64,000 bases of DNA from Eledone cirrhosa. Taxonomy: Eukaryota. Position numbers and translations under genes: made by a program. Of this stretch, positions 53,002 through 64,000 are shown in pieces (position 1 is the first letter of the stretch; every line of letters begins with the position of its first letter). Location of the stretch: the NCBI GenBank assembly GCA_964016885.1, contig OZ024742.1, positions 177,444,001 to 177,508,000 of the forward strand, in the 5' to 3' direction. The notes beneath the pieces are model-generated. The model was not told the origin of the DNA. It saw nothing but the letters and a program-made list of their open reading frames with translations, and did not search any database.

Positions 53002-53893
53002 GGGTATCAAAAAATAAATATGGTATTTATAGGTCTCTACAAGTGGTAGGAGAGGGTGGGGAGTGGGATGGGTGCAGGTCATTGGTTGATAGAGAAGGGA
53101 ATTCATTAAAGGCTAATTCTACATAGCTATAGTTAATTTATATTTATTTATGTTTTTAGAGTAATATATGTGTGCGTATGTATCTGTGTATATGTATTTT
53201 ATATATGTATGTATGTATGTATGTGTGTATGTATGTGCGTGTACATGAATATATATTTGTATATATTTATATACTTTTTTTATATATGTGTGTGTGTTTT
53301 TATGTGTGTATTTGTGTTTATGTGTGTGTTTATGGTTGCGCGTAAGTGTGAGTGAGTATGTGTGTTTTTTTGGTTTTTTTTAGGTGTGGTTTTTTTTGTT
53401 TTTCTGTTTTTTTGGTTTTTTTGGGGTTTTTTTGTTTTTTTGTGAATGTGTCTGTTGATTTGGCATATTGTTGATTAGTTTAGGAGAAGTTCGAAGATAA
53501 TAGTAAGATATGCACTCAGTATTTTGAATCTGTCTGCAGAATTCCCTAGACCTTTGTCACTTAGCAGAACTTAATGACTTTAGCTTTTAAAGAATCTCCC
53601 TTTTCTTTAATTCTATCGAGCATGAATGACCCCCTACTGATTTTATAGACATCTGCTAGCTTAAGAGAAACTTATTGACAAGGAATGGTATGCCATCCGG
53701 AACTTGTTTATAGATTTCTGTCTGCCTTTGTTACTCTAAAAACATAAATAAATATAAATTAACTATAGCTATGTAGAATTAGCCTTTAATGAATTCCCTT
53801 CTCTATCAACCAATGACCTGCACCCATCCCACTCCCCACCCTCTCCTACCACTTGTAGAGACCTATAAATACCATATTTATTTTTTGATACCC

Positions 53894-53944
53894 AGATTCC
53901 TGATGATTTCTAATGAATGAAACAGTTCTAGTCCTGTAGAATCT
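53894..53944 (+). ncRNA. Type-I hammerhead motif (right arm)
   Basis: AGAUUC-CUGAUGA-UUUC-UAAU-GAAU-GAAA-CAG-UUCUAGUC-CUG-UA-GAAUCU; perfect 6-bp stem I, GUA cleavage triplet. Confidence 0.78.
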
Positions 53945-54026
53945 CATCTATATTAAAACCTTTATACTCTGCTATGTATTGAGTACCTTACTTACTGTGG
54001 TTACCTCCGATTCAACCCGGAATAAC

Positions 54027-54087
<61 letters not shown>

Positions 54088-54690
54088 TATACAAACACAC
54101 AAAAACACAGACAGATATATACACACACGCACACACACACACATATATATATATATTTTTTTTAGGTTTCCCCTTCAAAAAACGTTTTTTCTTTCGTTCG
54201 TTGTCTTCTCTTTAATTTTCTTATTAATAATCTGTGACGAACATATTCTTTCTTCTCCCAATAACTTCAATGGAATACGTTTTTTGACATGATATCTTAC
54301 TTTGTTCTTGTTTTGTTATTTTTTTCTTTGTTTTTTTGGCGTTTTGCTTCTTATTTCGTTCATTACCTCCTTTCGCAGGAAACTAGTGTTGCTATTATGA
54401 GCACAATATCTTCTCCTAGTTGTCACAATAAAACTGTATGGCTTAAGTTGTTTTGTCTTGTCTTTTACTCCACAAGGACATCGCTTTGGGTTATATCAGA
54501 CGCTGCGGCATCCGATGGACCAGCAGTAACTTCAGTAGGGGTCGAAACAGGCTGATGTCCATCTCGACAGCTGAAAACCTTGGAGTCGTGTGTCTTTCAT
54601 TTGACTTATCATTTTCAAAAAAATACTTTAAAAATAAAAACGTTCTGCTTTGTTGTCGATCGATGTCTTCTCTTTGATAATTTTCCTAAT

Positions 54691-54722
54691 TATATATATA
54701 TGTATATGATATATATATATAT

Positions 54723-54789
<67 letters not shown>

Positions 54790-54964
54790 AATATATATAT
54801 ATATATAGAGAGAGAGAGACAGAGAGAGAGAGACAGAGAGAGAGAGATAGAGAGAGAGGGAGAGAGAGAGAAAGGAAGAGAAAAAGAGAGAAGCTGAGAT
54901 CGAGAGCGAAAGAGATAGAGACAGTGCGTGTGAGCATACGGTCGGAAATTTACATCTCTCTCTC

Positions 54965-55060
<96 letters not shown>

Positions 55061-55717
55061 CATACATATATACAAACAAATATAAGTATGCATAAAATAC
55101 CTATATATATATATATATATATATGTCTCCTGAAGTAATTGCATGTCTGTTTATGTCTATAAGATCATTAAGCTGTATAACACTAGGTGTTTTATATTTT
55201 CGCCTGATTCATATTCATAAATCAAATGAGATATAGAAACCATATAAAAGTACACAGGGAAAAATGATACCAAAAGACCAACGAACATAGAGACACACAA
55301 GCATAAACATTTAACTAAACACAAATAAATGTACACACATGTATCTATATATCTACACACACACTCACACACACATACACACACACCCATATATATATAT
55401 ATATATATACATGTATATATATGTGTGTATATAAATATATATATATATATATATGCATATATATATATATATATATGTGTATATATATATTTATATATAT
55501 ATATATATATATACACATATATATATACATGTATATATATATTTATATATATATACACACACATATATATATATACATGTATATATATATATATATATGT
55601 GTGTATATATATATATATGTATATATGTATACATATATATGTATATATATATATTTATATATGTGTATACATAAATATTTACATATATTTATGTATATAT
55701 ATATATATATGTGTGTG

Positions 55718-55765
<48 letters not shown>

Positions 55766-55791
55766 CGTGTGTGTGTGTATGTGTGTGTGTG

Positions 55792-55879
<88 letters not shown>

Positions 55880-55895
55880 CGCGTGCGTGTGAGTG
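54691..55895. repeat. Large compound (TA)n/(GA)n/(TG)n microsatellite block
   Basis: Direct reading. Confidence 0.95.
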
Positions 55896-57219
55896 TGAGT
55901 ATCTGTGTGTGTAAAGGGAAGCACGCAAATCTACTAAGAGTAAAAAACCAATGACTAATGAAAGGCATATGGTTTTAGTGAATATCACAAGACATAAATG
56001 TTAGGGCAATTTACACAATTTTGGAGTCAGCTGGTCAAAGACTGGAACTGCATATGAATTCTTTATTGAACGGCCTAATAGCAATTGGCACTTGATAGCA
56101 CAGATCAATAGTGCTGAAGAAAATTATAGCAGCATCGCTGTAATAACCTAGCTATTTATTGTTATACTTGTGTAGGTGTTGGTGTTGGTATTGGTGTAGG
56201 TGTAGGTAAGGGTTGATGTCGGTGTTGGTGTTCGTATTCATCGTGTTTGTGTTTGTGTGTTTGTAAGATGGTTGTACAGCGGAAGCACACGTAACAAATG
56301 ACAAGACTGACTGTGTCTGACATTTTTGTTTTTATTCTTTTTATATTTCTATTCATTTATTTTTTATTTTTACAATCCGGCGGCATTCTCTAGACTGCAA
56401 ATATATGATGCTGCAAATTGTTGATTCTGACTTTATTGTTGCTGTTCGTTGGAATTTTCTTTCATTTTATATTGTTCTTTTTGTGGGAGAGTATGCTTTT
56501 ACTACTGTTATTACAGAGAGGCAAAATGGCCGAATGGTTAAGGAGTATACTTCACAACCATTAAATCTGATGTTGCTTCCTAGTGCGGGGCATATGGAGT
56601 CAGTGTCATTTGCCAAGGCCTTCTAACGATCCTTGCCTTATGAATGAAATTGAAAAGACCGAAACAGTTTGTAAATCAATTGGATGGACTGTACCTGTAA
56701 ATTTAAACAGCTTGCTTTGCTCAAAGCTGAATCTCCCAGAGAATTACATTCGTGTATGGAGTGCTCAACGACTAATACGTTAATTTCTCGATAATGCTAA
56801 TTACACGTTAGTTCCACGAGATTTGGTTGTCTCAGGAGATTTGTTTGTTTCTCAAGATTTTGTTCTTTCCGTGGCTTTCACTGGCCTATACAGTTAATGT
56901 TTAATAGTTGCAATTTTCATGACTGCCAGAAAAACATGGGCAATTTGGCATTCCTGAGTGAAATGAGTCTGTCATAAGATGATGATCCCCTGTTGGTTTC
57001 GACGCCGAACTTTCATTTTTCCTGCCCAAATCCTAAATTAATATGTAATTCCACAAAGCGTGTATCATAGATGTAATCAGCAAATCGAATCAGTGTGTAT
57101 CAATAACTCATTCTATCACTAATCTATAATTATATAACCCAATCTAATAGCTCATCTATAATTCAAAGTACCATGGCTGGCATTTTGAATTATAGATAGT
57201 TGGTTTCTTATTTATGCAC

Positions 57220-57430
57220 AAAGCCAATGATTTTGTGGGGAGACACATGTCGATTACATCGAACCTAGCACGTGACTGGTATTTTAATGTATCTACCTCC
57301 GAAGAATAAGTCTCAAACTTGACCTCGGAAGGATAAATGGCAAACTTGACTTTGGTGGGATTTGAACATATAACGTCAAGAGATGGAACAATGACCACTT
57401 AGAATTTAACCGACGCTCTAATAACTCTGT
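57220..57430 (-). mobile_element. Old SINE copy; a short + strand SINE 3' fragment also lies at ~57660-57715
   Basis: GGATTTGAAC (reverse B box), GGATAAATGGCAAACTTGAC; ACCAGTAATGCACTGG..AAAGTAGAAACAATT. Confidence 0.55.
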
Positions 57431-58168
57431 AATTCAACACCTTTTGAGTTATATATACAATACTTTCGAGGGTTTCCATGCAGTTTCTGTCTAATCTAAT
57501 CCACCTACAAAACTTGTATTAACCTAAGACTATAGTAAAGACACGTGTCTGACGTAGTGGGATCGAATCCAGATCATCATGCCCGTGAAGCCTATGGTTG
57601 GGCATGTGGGGTATGAAGGCGTGAGAAGAAACCGTAGATTACGAGTTATAAAGTGCCATTACCAGTAATGCACTGGTTAATTGCTGGCCTTGTGCCTAAA
57701 GTAGAAACAATTAATAAATATTTCTATTATTTTGTTAATGACACTTGATATTCTGCGATCAAAACATATCGTCAATTGTTACTTGTGAGCTGTCAAAATA
57801 AAAGATATGATAAATACTAAGCCGTCAATTTCTGGATTAGATATATATTAAAAAGACAATATACCAAATATAATTATTTTATTTTGGTGCAAGTATCATT
57901 CAGGTGCTTATTTTATCGTTTTATTTTTTGTCGAATCGCTAAATATGGAACATAAACAAAAGAATGTAGACTAGCCATGCAGCAGCTACCTACCTATATC
58001 TACATGCCCAAGTATCTGTTTGTCTTCGAACAATATATAACTCCCCTTTGTATATCTGTTCGTAAATGTGTCTTTCTATCTATCTATCATCTATCTATCT
58101 TTGCCTCTCTCTCTCTATCTCTCCCTCTCTCTATCGCGCGCTCTCTCTCTCTCTCTCTCCCTCTCTTT

Positions 58169-58257
<89 letters not shown>

Positions 58258-58679
58258 GTATATCTGTCTGCACGTCTATTTCTTTCTCTACGTACCCACA
58301 TGCATCCCTACCTATCAATCTATTTACCCATCTATCCTCCTATCATTCACTATTTCTACCTAGATATCTGTATATCTGCCTGTTTGTCAATCTACACTTA
58401 TTTATGTACCTATGTATCTATCTTCGGGGAAGATCAACGAGCCCAAATCCCAGTGGGAATGAAAAGACAGATAGATAGATATATAGGTTGAACAAAAGCA
58501 TCGTAATTGAGTGAATAGATGTTTGATAATAGTTCAATATAATGTAGAAGAAAACTTTAATTGATTTAAATGAGTGTAAAATGAAATACGTTATCTTTTA
58601 AATTTTATAATTAAATTAATATATTTTACTATAAAACCATCGCTTTTGATAGGTATATGTTACAATATATATATAAATA

Positions 58680-58737
<58 letters not shown>

Positions 58738-60593
58738 ACAATTGACTTTTGCGGTTCCCGTCCACCAAATTCCACGCAAGACATTGGTTAAACCGAAGCT
58801 ATAGTAGAAAATACTTTCAGCCCAGACACAGATTTTTGCGAAGCAATGCCTGGGCCTATGTTAAATTATTTTTTTAATGAACTTGGTGTGTTGGCGCCTA
58901 GAAAGGGAACTCAGTGCTTAGGAGTCACCTAATCAGGTATTATACTGATTGAAAGACTTCGTGACCCATTACGAATCCTGCACGGCATTCAGTACAAGAG
59001 ATGTAAATTGCGCAGGTCTTTGATGAAGGATATTTACCAAATATATCTATAGTACGTTAATAAATACAATATCCAAACGTACAAGTTATTTGATTATAAA
59101 CCACCTTATTTTCTCTCATATTTATCAAATATATATTCGTTAAATATACCGTTAAGATGTATATAAACTAATTCCTATTGAAAATATGGTTCCATTTCGT
59201 CTATGAAGTTGGAAAGATTGGTAAACTTGTATCGAATATGTTCAAAATACTAATTATTGATACTTTTCCATGTGCAGCACTTGGGTAATTTACTCAATTC
59301 TCTGCTAACTGAATAAACGAAAATCGTTGGAAAAACATAAGTGAACGACGTAACATATTTTATTCTTGCTTTACATGCGTGACATAAAAGCATACAAAAA
59401 AATAAAATATTTAGAAAGTATCAAAGATGTAGACGTCTAGATAATGTATTGAGCGAGATTTCTAATCACCTGTAAACTATTTTGGTGTTGCTGTTATTTA
59501 TATTTTAACCCCAGGATGACGCAGATCAAGTAAATATATATATGATCAAGAGAGTTTATAGACGTGAACTCTTCCTTTTTAAAGCCATTTTAATGAGATT
59601 TGTTGGTGATTAGTTCTCATTTAAACTAACTTCAAGTCAATTGCCAAGCAAGTGAAACTTCAACAAAATGATGGAAAAAATTGTCTTGAAAGCTACGGTA
59701 CTGGTCAGTATCCACATAATTAATTTTATAAAATTCACGCTGAAAAACATTCATTTACATTGCTAAAATCTTAGTTCCTGGAATGTATTTTGTAACCTTG
59801 CTTTAAATAATTGACAAATTGTTAGGATGCTAATCAAAATCGTTGGATATGTTTGTTCTAGCTCATTGCAGTATTTGTTAACTTGACTTAATCGTCCATC
59901 CTTTAGAGTCCAATAAACTAAAGCACCAGGCCGGTTCCGAGAATTGAAATAATTGCTACAGCATCGGGTAAAATGCAATATTTTCTTTTTCCAATTCGGT
60001 GTGTTCTAAATGTAAATCTTACACCATATATAACAGTTTCATCAGATATATTATAAAGACTGTGTGATTGGGAAAAAAGACCTACATCATATATATGTGT
60101 ACACATATGCCTATAAGTGTACGTATAATTAACATGCGATAAATCAGACTGCGAGTATTTTAAGTTCTGAACATTAGGTACGTCGGCAACTAGATCAGGT
60201 GCGGCAGATATATTTCAGTTTCCTTATAGGACATCAGCACTCGTTTATTTACTTCCCTAGCTGCTGGTGTATGGTCAATTCTTTTGTGCATAAAGACCAA
60301 ATTTCAGAGGCTAGTTTACATTAGCTATAGCACTAATATTGCAAGAATTAAATAGAGACACATGAATCTATATTTGTGTAAAATAAACATAGATGAAGTC
60401 ATTCATGAGTCAACCGATCTTTATGGAACCATATGTTTCTGGATCTAGTTAGTTCCACTGCGCGACAGCTACCGCACCTGGATTTTACTATAAGGACGGA
60501 CTGACCAATGCCTTTTGAGTGAAATTTGGTAGACCAAAATTGTATATAGCTGTCACAAACATGCGCACGTGCACACATACATACACACACACA

Positions 60594-60672
<79 letters not shown>

Positions 60673-61333
60673 GTATGTGTATATATATATATATATATTA
60701 TTTGCTTTGGGTGGGTGTTGCTGTCAATAGAAATCAAACGTACATGTTGGATGTCACAAGATATACTTATATAGTAACAGTCTGCTGGTTTAATAAACGA
60801 ATGGTTGTTAAGTTGCTGATTGTCATCAAAGCTCTTTCATCACACATTTGTGACCTCTTCAATGACTATTTTCTTGTTATTTTGTGTTTCTCTTTTGTTG
60901 TGTCTTACGCCACCTAGTTTTGGTGACCTGTGTACTTGGTATATGCATCCAGTTTTGTGAGAAGTTTAAACGATATATAACAGGATATATCAATTGAGAA
61001 ACAACTAGTATTTTATACAGAGCGAATAATATGTAAATGTTAATACTTTCATCAAGATAATACAATGGCATATAATGGATAGAAAGATCCGTTTCTGGAA
61101 ACCAAAAACATGAATACAACCCATCGATCCATCTCAGTAATTAGTATCAATCATCAATTATCGACCTGGATTTCCTTCATTAGTATGCACCGGTCTTTGC
61201 TATATTATATCTCACACTGCACTGAAATACTAGTCATCTACACTAGGAATAATTTTGAAAATGTTCTCTATATGTATTAAAATAACGTTTAACAGGAGGC
61301 TATATACATACACACACACACACATATATAATT

Positions 61334-61396
<63 letters not shown>

Positions 61397-61408
61397 GATA
61401 ATAGGCTG

Positions 61409-61470
<62 letters not shown>

Positions 61471-63355
61471 ACCATACGGAATGACGATACGGAAGATTGG
61501 CCATACGGAATAACCAATTCTATCCAGTGATGAATCAACAAACCTAAATAAATAATGCTCCAGTAATGTTGAGCACTTTCAGATGTAATAATGAACAGCG
61601 GCACTGACTTCAGTGTACAGATATTGCCAGCATGGGATTGACTGATCTACTTACCATTCGGATTTTGGCTGCTCTGTGCTTTGTCTACCGCCCACCCGAC
61701 CCAATGCTGCTTCCTTGTTGGGAATATTCGGATTCCGACAAAATTCTACGTATTAACATGTATTGTATTGACTGTATTCTCTACTCTATACTTCAGGACT
61801 TTTGTGATTCACATTGAATTCTGAGACCCGAACTTATACTTGGTACCACCTGATACCATTCCATCTCTTCCATCCTCTATATTTATATGTATAACCTTGT
61901 ATTATCTAACTGCAACTTGATCTATATTGTATTTCCCCTTTGCGTTGATTCCTCCGATATGTTCTTATATACTTCCGTCTTACTACATCACTACCCTAGC
62001 TATGACGGCCTTTTATTTATATATTTTACTTTTATTAATGTATTTTTATTAATGTATTTTTATCTTTGTATTTTTATCTTTGTATCCTGCTTTTATTTAT
62101 TCGTGCTTTTCTGCTTATTATTCCTTAATCAGGTCTTACTCTCATTATGCACATACCATAGCTCCCTACCCACCAAAGAACCACACTACTTATAACCCGG
62201 ACTAACTGGGACTTATGGGACTTAGATATAGTCTATTGGCGCATTTCATTGGGTTTTACCACTTTCGACTGATGTGGTGGCTTTTCCAGCTGCGCGCCGG
62301 GCGCTCGGGAAGTTCAGCTTTCCTTGAGTGCTTGGAAAAATAAATTTCTTCTCTTTCGGTAAACGGAATTACTCGGAGCAGATTGCTTCGCACCGGGGCT
62401 TGCCGCGCCGCCTGTTTTGACCGCCATATTATACCTATAAACTCTAGACTTAAGCATAACTGTTAGCTGTATAATGCCTCCCTCTACTGCCACGGAAATA
62501 AACCCCTCCTGTGTGAATTAATAGTATTCGTTTGGTATTCATTTGGTATAGACGATGGCCTGCCGAAGGTGGTAGACTTCCCGCTAACACATCCGCAGCC
62601 TAAGGCAGTTACGTTCCTAGAGTACTCGGAAAATTTAATTTCCACCTCTTTCGCCAGACGATACCACTTGAGACTGGCTGGCACGTGGTTACGAGGTGCT
62701 GGCTGGGGTTTACAATCGAAGGCTTTCATCTTTACTCTATAAGCCACCATGATAACTTATCGAGATTCCCTATAATACACTTAAACTTTTTCAAATAAGA
62801 CTTCCTCTGTAATTTCATTAAATAAACCTCGCAAACCAAACCTTTAATTTTTTAATAATTTTTTTAATTTTTTAATGTTTAATTTAATTTCACGTTCCAA
62901 TTTTTTGTTCACACATTACACCATACAGACACCTATTATATATGCCCCTGTTAAAATATGGGTTCTTTGGAATAACATTTTTCGCGGCGATTTCTAGTCT
63001 GACTGTAGTGTGACCATTACGCTGACTTTTCTTCTTTCTTTATTTCTTCTTTTTTTATTCTCTGACGGAGAGGAGGTAGTACATTATAAGCCTTCACCCC
63101 CTCACCAGATGGTCATTAGTAGACCGAGTTGCCATCAATTGAGGGCGACTGACCGAGGTGAAAGCAGCTAGTTGGTCAGTCGTCCTCTTTGTCTTTGATT
63201 TTCGGGCCCATGGACTTTATCTTTTATATTCCTTTGTTATATTTCGAATACCTGATGATATCACTGGATTCATACGGAACCCGGTCATTGAAATGATCAT
63301 GCTATAATAAACCTTTCAAGGATTTACACCAGTCCAGCCTCCCGTTATTTTATTT

Positions 63356-63446
<91 letters not shown>

Positions 63447-63452
<6 letters not shown>

Positions 63453-64000
63453 CAAATAACGAAACGAAATTAAATTTCGTTTCGTTTGTAACTCACTTTT
63501 GTATGACTGACGCTTAAACAATTAAGTTAAAGATGTACATCTACATATGCATACTGAAATACTAGTGTGCATATGAATACACACACGTATACATATGTAG
63601 ATGTAACAAGTCTTTCACTGGTTACTTTACTGTGAGTAACCCAGCTATTCTGTATGTAAACACACAGACAAACCGGTTTTTAGAGTCATACTGGTTTTCG
63701 AGGAAACACCTTTCCTCTATTCTCCAGAAAGCCAGACAAGGAATATTGAACTAGTTTCGTTGTTGTTACAACTCATCAGCAATATTTACCTATCTACCGG
63801 CCTTTCTGGAGAATCGTAAAAGCACATATCGTTATATGCTTTTTCTATGAAAATTAGTAGTGGGCAGACTAATTTGCATAGAGTGTGAGTACGCACCGGT
63901 TCAGCGGAGATGATAAAAACAAATAACGAAACGAAATTAAATTTCGTTTCGTTTGTAACTCACTTTTGTATGACTGACGCTTAAACAATTAAGTTAAAGA
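63447..64000. repeat. 467-bp-period direct repeat running off the window edge
   Basis: 63447-63533 is identical to 63914-64000. Confidence 0.9.

Larger units (their letters stand above)
52935..54028. mobile_element. Non-autonomous fold-back element with 230-bp inverted arms and a 3' tail, in (TA)n
   Basis: 52935-53164 is inverted to 53731-53960; 68-bp tail at 53961-54028. Confidence 0.9.

Overview
AT-rich, gene-free eukaryotic DNA. It is most consistent with an octopus/cephalopod intergenic or large-intron region (inferred from the SINE families and microsatellite load). I find no supportable host exon; almost all listed ORFs are (TA)n/(CA)n/(CAT)n artefacts. Recognisable content is decayed mobile DNA: a Chapaev3-like (RAG1/Transib-related) DNA transposon with both ends, L1/Tx1 fragments, a near full-length RTE LINE with a 10-bp TSD candidate, R4/Dong LINE fragments, many tRNA-derived SINEs (two tandem trios) and two Penelope-like elements (PLEs), one forming a ~4.3-kb inverted structure. 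The most unusual signal is a dense set of short non-coding fold-back elements inside (TA)n tracts. They carry minimal type-I hammerhead ribozyme motifs (about ten with recognisable cores, more degenerate), often fold back at a ribozyme stem, and share a TATTGAGTA-like motif ~35-60 bp from the (TA)n junction. All ribozyme calls were made by eye and need covariance-model and cleavage tests.
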